The notes under the pieces are model-generated. The model saw only the letters and a list, made by a program, of their open reading frames with translations. It had not been told where the DNA came from and ran no database searches. The position numbers were made by a program, and so were the translations under genes. A DNA stretch of 64,000 nt from Isurus oxyrinchus (taxonomy: Eukaryota): positions 5,704,001 through 5,768,000 of the forward strand of contig JANJGN010000041.1 of assembly GCA_026770705.1 (NCBI GenBank), written 5' to 3'. Below are positions 39,383 to 51,457 of the stretch, one piece after another. Positions within the stretch are counted from its first letter, which is position 1; each line of letters opens with the position of its first letter.

Positions 39383-39670
39383 TATTCGGTCCTTAGGGCC
39401 TGCAAAAAAAAAAAACAGAAAGGCCTCGGGAGCCGGAATGGAGTCAAAGGATGACAAAAGCAGAGATTCGTTGTGCTCTTCAACAGGTAAGGAAAGGGCA
39501 GATGGTCCCAGGCTAGATAGATGGAGAGGTCTCTGCTGGCGTGAAAGCACATCTGTAATGTAATCAATAAGGTGACAAGATTGGAATTTGAAGATTGTTC
39601 CTGTACGTGATCAGCAGTGTATAAAATAAGTTGTCTGCTTGTAGTATGCCATGGTGCTAGCTCATGTTGC

Positions 39671-39780
39671 CTTTACCAATCTACTCTCTGCTGGACAATG
39701 CCAGAATTACACACATACCTGTACCAATATACCGTCTGCTGTCCAATGAAAGAATCGGGCACACACATCTTTACCAAACT
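39671..39780. repeat. About two inverted units of the 38520-39382 minisatellite
   Basis: ctttaccaatctactctctgctggacaatgccagaattacacacatacc is the reverse complement of the unit. Confidence 0.85.
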
Positions 39781-40879
39781 CTGCTTGCAATTTCTCTAAT
39801 AAAAGATTGTGATCTGTAGCTGAATCTCCTGCGGTTCCGTTGTAAAAGTTACTATAACAAAAATCCAGCGTGTTTATTGATTGAATCGAGCGGCATTTGG
39901 AGACTCAGGAGTGGACAGTCAGCGTATTGTCCACACAGACGGGCAGTGAGCTGATGCCACCTATCCTGGGGTGATTCATTAATGCCAGATATTCACATCT
40001 TGTTCAAGGCTCTCAGAAAGGATGGCAACTGGTCACCTCCGTGTTCCAAGCAAATATTTAACAGATTGGCAAAGTGCTCCAAATAACCATGGCAACCAAA
40101 GCTTAGCTGTTCAACATGCAAAGCTTTGCAGACACATTGCATTCTGGACACAAGCAACATTTTACCCTCAACTGTAAACATGAGTTCACTTTAGTCTCCA
40201 GCTAATGCAGACCTCTGGGGTACATTGAAATAGGTACTTTCGTAGAGTGATTACGGCACCACAGGCCATTCTGCCCATCTAGTCCATGCAGCCTGAAGGC
40301 AGTGAGAAGCCATTTTCTCTAGGGTCTGGGAAGAGGAAATGAAAAGCGGAGCGGGTTGGTGAGGAAATGGGGAATAACTTTGGTCGTACAAGAGCCAACA
40401 ATGAGGGGAGACAATTGGGTTGTCTGGGGGAGGTTTGGTCGTGTAGGAGAGTGTACATAGGGGCTGGTGAGATGGACGAGGATGTTTCCTTGCGTGAAAT
40501 CAGAATAGGGTCATTAACTCACTGGGCCCAGTTAGAGAGACCGACGTTCGATAATAAGTAAACAGCTCCAGACGCTGCACAAAGTGTCAGGAACTACCGC
40601 CAGGAGAATGTTATTCTTTCCTGACTGTGAATTCCTCAACAACACTCTCGTTGCACCTAAATCAAATGGGATGCAGTGTTTCAGGACGGCGGCTGACCAC
40701 CAGTTTCTCAAGACCAAATAGGGATGGACAATAAAATATGTGGTCCTAACCAGCGTCTCTCATTGCCCATGGATGACAAAACATCCATCGGCTCGCTAAA
40801 ATGTTCACAGATTTGATTTTATATGTTGTTCAGTGTGTATGAACATATTCATGTAATACATGGATTAAAATGATGCTGG

Positions 40880-41078
40880 TTTGACTCTCAGGAGTTGAAT
40901 ATAATGCTTTTATCCCACAGACAAGCAGTAAATTGCTGCTCTATCTTCAGGGGAAGGTCACTCCCCCGACCTTGCCGAACGGTGCCAGACAGGATAGCGA
41001 CTGGTGACAGCACAGTTCCGTTTCAGAGGCAAACATTTAACCAAAAGAAGAAGTCTTAAATTTAGAAATATTTACCTA
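40880..41078 (+). other. Shared upstream element of defensin-like module A
   Basis: tgccagacaggatagcgactggtgacagcacagttccgtttcagaggcaaacatttaacc...ttagaaatatttacc aligns to 48785-48990 (inverted), 50300-50490 and 54930-55085. Confidence 0.8.
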
Positions 41079-42049
41079 ATGGGGCTAATTTATAATTTAG
41101 GAGAGGAAGACACTGACATTAAGATGCAGGATGAGATGGAGAAATGAGGATAATATACACGGTGGAACAGACGAACGGAGTGAGACGGAGATTAGAGAAT
41201 ATCATCGAGTCAAAGACAGGTAGAGAGTGAGCGAAGGAAGTGGGAGAGAGATGGCAGAGAGGGAGATGCAGCGAGAGAGTGAGAGGAAATACTGATAGAG
41301 AGAGAGGCAGAGAGACTTATCTAGAACCGGATAGAGAAATAAAAGGAGAGGGAGAGAGGGAGAGAGAAGACGGGAAATGTTAAAAAAATGAACAAGTGAA
41401 ATGAGTAAACCCCTGAAGAGCCTTCCGCTTCTCGAGCTTCCCCAAAGCTGGGAACAGACAAACATTTACTACTGAAAGGTCGACAATGTTTCAAGCAACA
41501 TACTTCATCATCGAGTTAATAACAAGGTCGTCTGTTTTTTCTGATACTGCTCAACTGAACAATATCACTTCCTGCGTCCCAGGGAGAACGCTTCATTTAT
41601 TGTCACAATTGACACAGCCGGAGTGGGCTTTTGGAAGATTGTAAGAAACAGATTGAACATAATTGGCAGAGGAACCCGATGACATATGTGGGAAAATGTA
41701 TTTTCACATAGCCTGACCATGTGATCTGTAAGGTTCTTCCTGAAAGGGGAATGGAGGAAGGTACGATGGTGAATTAAAAACGAGGAGATGTGGACATAAT
41801 TGAACGGGTAAACAGAGCGATGACAGAGCAATGGGGAAAGTGAAAAGATCGAGTGGGCAGGATTTGGTAGATATTTCATAACACCCAGCAGAGGCTCAAT
41901 GGACCAAATCGTGCTTTTCTCTTCTGATTGGCTCTTACTTTAAACACCGTTCTGAATTATTTTGAACCTTCACTATGTCACTCATTGCACAGATATGTCT
42001 CTCTATTGATTAACAAGTATCCGGCTTGGGAGACTGTCTCTTTCACATG

Positions 42050-42251
42050 CTCAAAGTGGAGAAAATCGTCATGGTGCGTGTGTTATTATTAACTACTGAA
42101 CAGTCAGTCAGTTCCTATAACGAGCATCCGTACTCCTGTTATCGCATTGGCACTCTGAGGAGATCAAATGACGTAGAAATCTCTGTTTTTGTGCTTGGAT
42201 TAATGGCCATGGCAGGGCCGCTTTACAGCCACAATCATTATACTACCTGAG
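42050..42251 (+). pseudogene. Beta-defensin-like copy A: promoter and signal-peptide exon 1 relic
   Basis: aaagtggag...gtgcgtgtgttattattaactac...tataacgagcatccgtactcc...ctctgagg aligns to 51335-51450. Encodes ISVFVLGLMAMAGPLYSHN, with an in-frame TGA just before the phase-1 donor G|gtcagt. Start codon lost. Confidence 0.7.
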
Positions 42252-42909
42252 GTCAGTGTATTTCACATTAATCGCTATAGATCAATATTGAATGGAAAAG
42301 GAGGTGTCCATTCAGCCCCTGAAGCCTGTATCTCTGATCAGTTGACAATTGGATGATGTGCACTGACCATCATCGCTCCAATTTATTTCCATAACCATTA
42401 AAACACTTATCAAATGTAAACCTATCAATTTCGGTTTTGGATCAATTCAACTAAAATGTATTGATGGCATTTTATTTATTGTAGGTTTGTCCAGTCTCCA
42501 TCAACATCATGCAATAATCTGCCTGTAACCCCCTCATGTGTCTCATTCACATGCTGTCCCTCAGCGATTTATTACATTCACTCTATACCATGCTGTCAAC
42601 ACACACCCTATCCACCATCGTATGATATTGTCTTGTCTGACAACCTTGCAAGATAAGTGGGCACCACAATTCTGCCTGATTCTGTATGCCCTGATATCAG
42701 TCGTTTCCTCATTGACGGCTGTGTCTTCTGTGGCTGGGGACAGATTCTTCAGCATTCCACTAAAACCCCCATGATTATTTTTCTCTATGGAAATTATTTT
42801 TCCTTATGCTACTGCTGAATCGCTCGCTTATCTCTAGATTTTGAATGCAAGATACGAGTTGTTTCCATTTTCGCTGTGCACAGGCAGGGTAACTGTATCT
42901 CTTGCTTAG

Positions 42910-43025
42910 ACCTCCCTTTGAGCACAGTGCCCAGAAGGAATCTCCAAATCCCTCGGGTAGACCACAGTAAGAACACTGTTCACTATTCTGGTATCAACAT
43001 TCCACTGTTCGTCCACACTTGGAAC
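42910..43025 (+). pseudogene. Possible exon 2 relic of defensin-like copy A
   Basis: Acceptor tctcttgcttag. Weak nucleotide similarity to copy C exon 2 (agcacagtgcccagaaggaatctccaa versus tgcacaaaatatggtgggaaatgccga) and to its 3' UTR. Cys codons are lost. Confidence 0.3.
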
Positions 43026-45354
43026 AATGATGGTCATCAATGAATTGTTCCTTTCACTTCGCCGGGCCTCACCATAGAACGTGACCTGATTGGAGGGAGA
43101 CACAGACTTGACAACTGTAAGGCAGTCAGGACCCGCGTCAGACAATGTTGTTGTCTGACATTCGACAGCAACAAGAGTAAGTGAGTTACTACAACTAAAT
43201 GTTTATCATTTGAGAGTTGCCTGAGGCCTTGTCTGAAGCTCACTGTAATTTCTGCAATTCATGATCTGCCAAATTGCTTAGATCTGATGACCCATTGCTC
43301 CCTGTTTCCTAAAAACTGTGAAGAAAACACAGTGCCTTGCACAATGCTTTTTGTCCAGCAATAAAGTCTCAACTTGGATCGGTGTGTTGCCATATTGACA
43401 GGTTTGGACGGGAGATCAGAAAATGGCAGGGCGGCAGTGACATCATGCAGCGGCAATATAGTCATCTGTGCAGAACACAAAACTTCCAAACAATGTCCGA
43501 GGAATGTTTCCCACCATCACTGATATGCCTTCTGATAGTATGATACTAGCAGGAAAGATACTCTAGGAATGATAATAAAGTGCCTAACAGCCGAGACGGG
43601 ATGACATTGAAAGGCCCCAACATTGACTATAGGCACTACAGTGTCTCAAACAGCATCAGGACAAACACGGGAAAGGAAGATTCCTGCTTCATCCCATCTC
43701 CCAGTCTCTGTAAGCAGATGAATATTTAGGTCCCCACCCTCCAACACATTTTTGACACGACTTGAAAGAAAACATGGCTGCGAAAAATGCACCCTGAATG
43801 TCAGTCTTGAATGGCAATTTTCAATTATGACACCGAACACCAGTACAGACGAGTTAGGCCAGGACTAAAAGGACAGACTGTAATGGTTCTAGAAGGCAGC
43901 TCATGATGAACTACTTCAAAAATATGCCCAGAAATGTGAAAGTGGTTGATGTATCTCGGCCTCATCCTGAGTCGTCCAATATCACAGGTATCAAAATTTA
44001 GCCATTTTATTTCACAATGGTATCATTGAATGAGACAAATTCAATACACACAATCTCCGTGCAGTAGGACTGAAGACGTGAATTGCCCCTCAGACAGACA
44101 GTCTTTTCAATTTGAAGAGCAGCATGCTGCTCACACTGTCTTAAAGGGTGTCACACGGGATTGTTTGTTTCACACATTCTCTCAAACAGAGTCCACGCAC
44201 CAACAACCTCTGCCCATCCCAAATGCCTCCAATCCAGCTTTGGAGAATATCATGCAAGAGTTGGAGTGATTAACAGTTTAGTGATCAATGTTTGAACGTC
44301 GCCATGTGTACTCATTATAAGAGCTAGATGACCTTGAGATGGAAATTGCACATGGAGCTTCCAGGAGAGATGGATGAAAACTCTGAAATTGGCCAGGAAA
44401 TCCCTCAGAAAGGATGGCAGCAGCCCAGAGATAAATATGCAGCAAGGTTATCCTCAGAAATATTTAGCCATCTGGGCAGATGGATATGAAGTTTGAAAGA
44501 GACAAGGAGATATAGCACAGGAGAAGGTTGGAGAAGCAATGAGAAAATAGGTAGGCGACCATAGGGCTGCAATGCAATCCGGTTTTCAGAAAGAGGAATG
44601 GTGATAATAGGGAAAATATCTACTTTCAAACAGGGAGCTTTTAGTGTCTGGAATGAACTGACTGAGAGTCAGCAGCAGACAGATTCCATCGTGGCTTTTT
44701 GAAGGGGATTCAATCACTATCTAGCAAGGAAAGATATACAGAGCCACGGTGAAATCGGGTGGTTAGAGCCTCGTTGAGAGTCCCTCGCTGAGTGGAAGCT
44801 CAGTGACGAAGGACAATGTTTACCTTCTGCTTGGGAATCATTGGATGATTCTATGGGGGAGAGGGTGAGTGTGAAATGGAGCAAGAGAAAATAATCGTGA
44901 CACAGTCACGGCAAAAATAACAACAGGTTTAGAGAGGTTAAGGCTGCGGGAGAAATGGATTCAGACAGAGAAAAACAGAAAAGGACAATTGAGTGAGAGA
45001 GTTTGATAACAGTTCAAGGTAAATGCGATTTTTCATTTACTGAATCAAACACAAATGCACAACACGATATAACAGTTTTCTTCAGAAATGTGCAAAAACA
45101 GCAGGATCAGCACCAAAAATAAAGGAAAATACCTTAGGTAGCTTATACTTTAAGTTATGAAACATGATCGTTCACTTAATACTTGTAATGAAAACCAGGA
45201 AAATAAATAAATAAACAAATATAAAAACAAAAATATGGATACATAGATAATTAAATAAGTAAATAAATGGGTACATGAATAAAAATATGACTAAATCAAA
45301 ATAAATAAATATAGATTGATTCCTTAATACGTAAATATAAAGGTAGGTAGGTAA

Positions 45355-45519
45355 NNNNNNNNNNNNNNNNNNNNNNNNNNNNNNNNNNNNNNNNNNNNNN
45401 NNNNNNNNNNNNNNNNNNNNNNNNNNNNNNNNNNNNNNNNNNNNNNNNNNNNNNNNNNNNNNNNNNNNNNNNNNNNNNNNNNNNNNNNNNNNNNNNNNNN
45501 NNNNNNNNNNNNNNNNNNN
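45355..45519. other. N run (gap or masked sequence)
   Basis: 165 N preceded by (AAAT) and (AGGT) simple repeats. Confidence 0.98.
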
Positions 45520-45662
45520 CTGGAAATTCAAAACAAGAACAGAATTACAGTTCAACAGTTCTGTTGAAGGGTCGTGAGGACAGATAACGTCAAATGTTTT
45601 CTTCTCCGCCAATGCTGCCAGACCTGCTGAGTTTTTCCAGGTCATTCTGTTTATGTTGTAGA
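45520..45662 (+). mobile_element. Penelope-like terminal fragment
   Basis: agttctgttgaagggtcgtgaggacagataacgtc...tgctgccagacctgctgagtttttccag. Confidence 0.6.
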
Positions 45663-46110
45663 NNNNNNNNNNNNNNNNNNNNNNNNNNNNNNNNNNNNNN
45701 NNNNNNNNNNNNNNNNNNNNNNNNNNNNNNNNNNNNNNNNNNNNNNNNNNNNNNNNNNNNNNNNNNNNNNNNNNNNNNNNNNNNNNNNNNNNNNNNNNNN
45801 NNNNNNNNNNNNNNNNNNNNNNNNNNNNNNNNNNNNNNNNNNNNNNNNNNNNNNNNNNNNNNNNNNNNNNNNNNNNNNNNNNNNNNNNNNNNNNNNNNNN
45901 NNNNNNNNNNNNNNNNNNNNNNNNNNNNNNNNNNNNNNNNNNNNNNNNNNNNNNNNNNNNNNNNNNNNNNNNNNNNNNNNNNNNNNNNNNNNNNNNNNNN
46001 NNNNNNNNNNNNNNNNNNNNNNNNNNNNNNNNNNNNNNNNNNNNNNNNNNNNNNNNNNNNNNNNNNNNNNNNNNNNNNNNNNNNNNNNNNNNNNNNNNNN
46101 NNNNNNNNNN
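45663..46110. other. N run (gap or masked sequence)
   Basis: 448 N followed by (GATA)n. Confidence 0.98.
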
Positions 46111-46116
46111 ACAGGC

Positions 46117-46235
46117 AGATAGATAGATGGAGAGATAGATATATGGATAGATAGGTAGCTAGATAGATAGATAGATAGATAGATAGACAGATGGATAGAT
46201 GGAGAGATAGATATATGGATAGGTAGATAGATACA
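46117..46235. repeat. (GATA)n microsatellite
   Basis: agatagatagatagatagatagatagacag is directly visible. Confidence 0.95.
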
Positions 46236-46683
46236 TAAATAAATTGTTCAATTATTAGAAACGCAATTAATTAATTTGCCAATCGGTCAACCTATCAAGC
46301 GATTGATTAATTGCACATGCTCCCACACAGACCCATGAAGTTTCTGCTGGAAAAAGCATAGTGGAGCAGTGACTCTGGTACCAACAGCGTATAAGAACAC
46401 AATAACATCCTCCTGTGCCTCTCCTGCTACACCAGCTGATTTGTTTTCTCATCCTGGCCTCACTCTAACCCCTCCCCCACCCCCACGTTCATTGTACAGA
46501 GAAGAGCAATTTTCGAAGATGCCTTTGATTAACAAGTCCGTTTCCCATTACAATTCTAACAGGCGCTCAATATAGCCTAGCAGCAGAACACTTGCTACTT
46601 TTGGTGATGTCCGTTTGAGGCTCTTGATTGAATTCTTCTAACCAAGATATCGCCAGAGGCTAAACGAGGGCTTAACTGGGACC

Positions 46684-46798
46684 TCAGTTCAATCTTCCAT
46701 AATAGCTACAGCAGAGGGTCATGAAGCCCAATTCACTCTTCTGAACTCTCTATCGCATTTATCAGTGACAAAATTACACTGATGAGCCCTCGATTTGG
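46684..46798 (-). pseudogene. Beta-defensin-like copy B, exon 2 (frameshifted)
   Basis: Acceptor ttgattttgtctag, phase 1. Reads KSRAHQ C NFVTDK C DREFRRVNW, then after a frameshift GFMTL CC SYYGRLN*. Shares AAA TGC and CTC TGC TGY with copy C and is 22 nt shorter between these two points. Confidence 0.65.
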
Positions 46799-46859
46799 CT
46801 AGACAAAATCAAGGGGAAACATCTTCCCTACACCCACACAATCAAAAGCTTCAATGGCA

Positions 46860-47560
46860 TGTACAACAACAGCCACTTTTATTTAAAAGCGCCATTTTCC
46901 TTCTGAAGCATCCCGTGGTGCCTCACATTATTCTCTTGAAAGCGATATCGCCATCGGCCGATAGGAGGAGACACTGGAACGGACGACAATGTATTTGTTA
47001 AACGTCGTAGGGTTGAAGGAGCGTCTTACAGGATGAACAAGAGGTGGAACAATTTAGGGTAGGGGTGTGTTGGAATTCAAGCACTTGGGGCCCAAGCATA
47101 GAAAGGCAGAGCCGCTAAAGTTAGGATACATTGTTATGGAGGCTTGCAAGTGCGAGACCAGTAAGGTTCGGGTTCGAATAGACAAGTCCGGATTTAAAGA
47201 ATGTCTGGTGGAGTGTTTCAATAACAGATGAACTGAGATCGGTAGGCACGCGGTGTTACGTAGGTCGAACAGTACGGATTACATAGATTATGTGGCATGA
47301 ATCACAACTTGCGGTCAAATATGACAACAAGTTAGTGAAAGGTTCCACCATGGATATTCGCCAAGGGCTGAGAGATTTTAGTGATATTTATTTAAGGCAA
47401 ATATTTCCACATCCAGTGTTGGTTGGTAGATGAGCAATCCGGCCACTGAGAGACAGTGGAACAGTTGATAGGTGTAATAGTGAGCTAGGGCTTAGCGCCA
47501 TACTTGTGAACAATAACACTGTGTTATTGACTGATGTCTCCGAGGGGCACCACAAATGGA
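46860..47560 (-). mobile_element. L2-type LINE 3' fragment inside the copy B intron
   Basis: caacaacagccacttttatttaaaagcgcc...gggttgaaggagcgtcttacagga...ttgcggtcaaatatgacaacaag is typical of a reversed L2 3' end. Confidence 0.55.
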
Positions 47561-47823
47561 GGTGGGGGGAGTACCGTAATTGAAGTGCAGGGCAAAGCAG
47601 GAGACAGTGAGATATTCAAAATAATGCACTGTTGAATATTTTACAATTACACAGCCGTGAGGTTGTGGCGTCTTTTGATGAAAAGATGTTCAAAGTCCAG
47701 AAACAAAGTGGGTAAACGTTGCTGAGGTGCAGGTTAAAAAACTGCAATTCTATGTTGGAAGAGCCCCGGCGTCCCAGTGCCTATCTATAGCGCTATGTGT
47801 TGGATACTGAGAGATATACTGAA

Positions 47824-47913
47824 GTGCCAATTCTGAGGGTACACTGAACATCGGACAGTAAATGGCTGTTTCAGCACCAAGACACCAAATACCAAGAGCA
47901 GCCTTTTGACCGT
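47824..47913 (-). pseudogene. Beta-defensin-like copy B, signal-peptide exon 1 relic
   Basis: ctgaggaactcagcagaaaACG GTC AAA AGG CTG CTC TTG GTA TTT GGT GTC TTG GTG CTG AAA CAG CCA TTT ACT aligns to copy C. The start position reads ACG. The donor is decayed to ttcagtatatctct versus gtaagtatgtctct in copy C. Confidence 0.75.
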
Positions 47914-47987
47914 TTTCTGCTGAGTTCCTCAGTCACAATGAGATGATTGGAATATGGAACAATTTCGATTGGCTCAGGAAGCATCTT

Positions 47988-48119
47988 NNNNNNNNNNNNN
48001 NNNNNNNNNNNNNNNNNNNNNNNNNNNNNNNNNNNNNNNNNNNNNNNNNNNNNNNNNNNNNNNNNNNNNNNNNNNNNNNNNNNNNNNNNNNNNNNNNNNN
48101 NNNNNNNNNNNNNNNNNNN
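47988..48119. other. N run (gap or masked sequence)
   Basis: 132 N covering the proximal promoter region of copy B. Confidence 0.98.
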
Positions 48120-48784
48120 CATCTTTGACATATAAGAAGAGCCCAGTGATGGAGATCAAGAGTGACTTAATCAATGATTAAATGTGTTGCCAAAGCTGTT
48201 TTTTTTTAATTAAAATCCATCAGTAAGTCATATTAATCATTCTCCTTGGGGGAATTTATAAGAATCACCGGCTGAAATTAAATAAATTAAAAACATGTAA
48301 AATTTAATCCTTGTTGCCTTCCACTTAGTTCATTTTCCAATTATCTTTATTGTGTTTTTACTGGTTACCTAAGCTCCTACTCCCTAAGATAACCCACAGC
48401 GTCTGTGAGCTGAATACTTGGCTGGGACATTTATTTGTCCACCTGACATAACTGAACCAGGTGATCAGGTCATTACCTCTTCAGTGGGAGCTTTCTGTAC
48501 ACCGATTGGCTATCACACTTTCCACATTACATCATTGATGACAACTAAAGATTTTTTTCGGGAAATCTTCCAGAAGTTCTGACGCTGCGAATTATGGTAC
48601 AGAAATGCAATATTTTTTTTTTCTAATTCTATTTGCACCTCTCCATCCATCTTCGTCCTAATACTCTCCCTCCTGCCTCCCTGAGATTATGTTGTTTCTC
48701 TTTCTCTATCTCGCTATGCTTCTCTAACTTATCATTTGCATCTCCTTCTTCACCCATTCCGTTCGCCATCTTTCATTCACTACC

Positions 48785-48990
48785 TCTCCGTTAAATATTT
48801 CTAAATATAAGTCGTTGGTGTATGGTTAAATATTTCCCTCTGAAACGGAAATGTCCTGTCACCAGGTGCAATCCTGTCTGACACCCTTTTTGCGAATAGA
48901 AAGGAATGAGCTGTACCTGAATATGAAGCAGCAGCTCACAGTCTGTCTGTGGAGACAGTACACAATCTCTGAACTAATGAGTTTTCAAAT
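48785..48990 (-). other. Shared upstream element of defensin-like module B (inverted)
   Basis: Reverse complement gggtgtcagacaggattgcacctggtgacaggacatttccgtttcagagggaaatatttaacc...ttagaaatatttaac matches 40981-41078. Confidence 0.85.
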
Positions 48991-49059
48991 CCCATCACAC
49001 TACTTTATTAAAACCTCTGCATTATTCTAGGTTTAATGTTGTCTGGGTCGAAGTATCCA

Positions 49060-49665
49060 CAGACAGAAGGAGACTGGGAAAGAAAGCTGGTGAGTGGGGA
49101 GAGAGAGAGAGATAGAAAGGACAACATAGCTGGTGAGAGAGTAAAAGTGAGAGAGACAGGGCAAGACAGTTTGTGCAGAGTGAGAGAGGAAGAGAGTGAA
49201 TGAGACAGGGCAAGAAATCTGGTGAGAGAGAGCAAGATACGGGGCAAGAAAGCTGGCTAGAGAGAGAGAGAGAGAGAAAGAGAAGGGACAGTGAGAGAGA
49301 GAGAGGGCTTGAAACCCGGTGAGGGAGAGAATGTGCGACAGGGCAAGAAATCTGGTGAGAGAGAGCAAGATACGGGGCAAGAAAGCTGGCTAGAGAGAGA
49401 GAGAGAGAGAAAGAGAAGGGACAGTGAGAGAGAGAGAGGGCTTGAAACCCGGTGAGGGAGAGAATGTGCGACAGGGCAAGAAAGCTGGTGAGAGAGAGAG
49501 AGGGGAGAGCAAGAGAGAGATAGAGAGAGAGAGAGAGGGCAATAAAGCAAGAGAAAGAGAGGGAGCGAGAGAGAGAGACGGGTAAAGAAAACTATTGAGA
49601 CTGAGAGACAGACGCAGATAGGGCAAGAAAGCTGATAAGAGAGAGAGATTGAGAAAGGGCAAAAA
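49060..49665. repeat. GA-rich tandem repeat containing a near-exact duplication of about 133 bp
   Basis: gacagggcaagaaatctggtgagagagagcaagatacggggcaagaaagctggctag...aatgtgc occurs at about 49204 and 49337. Confidence 0.9.
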
Positions 49666-49689
49666 ATTGCATACATCGATAATCTATAC

Positions 49690-50270
49690 CATCACGGGAT
49701 CCCATATTCCTCACATCTGTTATCATCAAGGAAAGTGATCAGGCCTGGTTCAATCTGGAGTGTAAGAGAGAACGTTAGGAACAGCATCACCCACATTTAA
49801 ACTCCGGGACCAACTTTCTGAAGCTGCAACACAGGACTACATGCAAGACAAACAGCGAAAGCAGCAAGCGATACTCAGCTAGGCACTCAAAAAAGCAACA
49901 GTTCAGATCACATTTGTGCGGCCCAACCCGTCCACTTCTAAATGGTGATGGACAGTAGAACAACTAAATGGAGAAGGGGTTTCCTAAAATATCCCCATTC
50001 TCAATGATGAGGTAGGTGAGCTTGCAAATAAAAAAAAGACAAGGCTTAATTATTTGCAACCACCTTCTGACAGTCGTGCTGATTGGATAATATACATGGG
50101 CCTCCTCCTGTGGCCAACCAAAGCACAAATTCCAGTCTTCAACCGTTTCTCTTCACTCCACAGGTTATACATTATATGGCTGAAGGCATTGAATACCATC
50201 GTGGATGACGGACTCTGAAAATGTTTTGGCAGTTTCTAAAGACTTTCACCAAGGCTAGTTCCAGCAACCA
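49690..50270 (+). mobile_element. APE-RT LINE fragment
   Basis: cctggttcaatctggagtgtaagag...aatggtgatggacag...aaatatccccattctcaatgatg...tttgcaaccaccttc, same family as 5030-5260. Confidence 0.6.
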
Positions 50271-50299
50271 CTTGCATTCAATTTATTTTTCCGGTGATA

Positions 50300-50490
50300 T
50301 TTAGACATTCAGCTTTTGTGAGTTTGTGTTTTGCCTTCATAGATCGACAGTGTTCCGCTGGCACACATTCAGGGACAGCTGATTCTTTAACCGTGCTAAA
50401 GGCTGTCAGAGAGGATGGGGACAGAGCAGCTCCTTTTGAGAGGAAAAATGTTAACAAACCGTCAACCCATAAACCTTAGAAATATCTATC
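50300..50490 (+). other. Shared upstream element of defensin-like module C
   Basis: attcagggacagc...tgtcagagaggatggggacagagcagctccttttgagaggaaaaatgttaac...ttagaaatatc aligns to the other three copies. Confidence 0.8.
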
Positions 50491-51397
50491 CACCTGGGCA
50501 GCTGGGTAAAGCTGGGTGAGAGATTCAGAGAGAGAGCAAGAACAACGGGAAGCTGTGGACAGTGGTTGAGGAAGGGACAGACAAAAATGCAGAAGGAGAT
50601 AGCGTGATATAAGCACGAGGGATCCATTGTTAGCTTGACAGGCAGAGAGGAGAGAGGGGAAAAAAAGGAGATGAAGGAAGAGGTGGAAGCATTTATAGAA
50701 TAAAAACAACATTTACATTCGTATAGAGCCCTTAAAACGTAAGACTGTCCCAAAGAATTTCTCCATCAATATTCAAGCGCCATCAGTGATTTAACTTCCT
50801 GGAGACAATTTTCCCTTCGCAGACTACCCCTGATGAATACTAGTTGGCTAATCTTCATCTAACGGTGGCCCCATACTATTATCCAGACTGGGACATCTGG
50901 TGGTCAGCAGAACGACATTGAAAATAATTGCAGACAACAGCAAACTGAACTATATGGAAGCTGAGGAGACTGCCACTTAACACAGTTAGTTGTTGTGATC
51001 TAGAATGCTCTGCCTGACGGTAGGTTCAACAGGAACTTTCAGAATATGAGGTGTAATAATAACTGAAAGGAATAAACTGCAGGACAATGTGGAGACAACA
51101 TGTTAAAGGTGCTGGACTTAGTTTGCTGGTTCAAAGAGAAAGCATCTACTCAATGACTCGAAGGGCGTATTCTGTTTATGCTACTTACTAGAAGGACAGC
51201 AAATGCGTTCTTCCTAAGTGGGATCATTACCCAAATTGGACCATCAGAAATTAAGTAAATCGAATTTCGTTGTGAGACAAGCTTCTTCTTTGACTCCCAA
51301 TACAGTTCATCTAATTTATTGGTTTAATCTTCAATTAAAGTGGAGGCTGTCCGCTCAGTGCGAGTGTGATTATTAACTACCGGATCCTTTATGAGCT

Positions 51398-51405
51398 TAT
51401 ATAAA
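51398..51405 (+). promoter_or_regulatory. TATA box of defensin-like copy C
   Basis: TATATAAA, 60 nt upstream of the ancestral start position (51458). The equivalent position in copy A reads cctataac. Confidence 0.7.
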
Positions 51406-51457
51406 CAGCATCAGCACTCCAGCTATCACACTGCGTCTCTGAGGTGCTCAGCGGAAG

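Larger units (their letters stand above)
37013..39552 (-). pseudogene. Coiled-coil pseudo-exon of a UACA/RAI14/ANKRD24/ANKRD35-family gene
   Basis: Phase-1 acceptor cattacag|AT GTG, then RPLHLSSL...GPKDR / LLKLK...MKDKEKSLLQVEE / RLKKIVICESD...IAELKENVQKCAKRLEDKRAITTL...GPSGKRKSQ. These resemble recalled UACA segments RPLELSL, KQDRLKLQ, EENKRLQKELSMCE, ITELQRRIQESAKQIEAKDNKITEL and GNPTKRQSQ in the same order. Many stops and frameshifts. Confidence 0.5.

Noticed and set aside
41460-41575. Possible upstream exon of the UACA-like gene on the minus strand
   Set aside because: The similarity is weak and needs a frameshift, and the segment lies inside duplicated defensin-like module A.
46267-46452. 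Cys-rich minus-strand ORF (WCSRRGTGGCYCVLIRC) as a further defensin exon
   Set aside because: Cys spacing does not fit, there is no terminal CC and no phase-1 acceptor. A better exon 2 for copy B lies at 46684-46798.
47790-47865. SINE-head-like sequence on the + strand
   Set aside because: Better explained as the reverse complement of the copy B exon 1 end and intron start, which align with 51510-51575.
49008-49676. Leu/Ser-rich minus-strand ORFs
   Set aside because: Translations of the GA-rich tandem repeat.
50370-50470. Ankyrin-like peptide (LKAVREDGDRAAPFERKNVNKP)
   Set aside because: Wrong strand for the UACA-like relic, and part of the four-copy upstream element whose other copies do not keep this frame.
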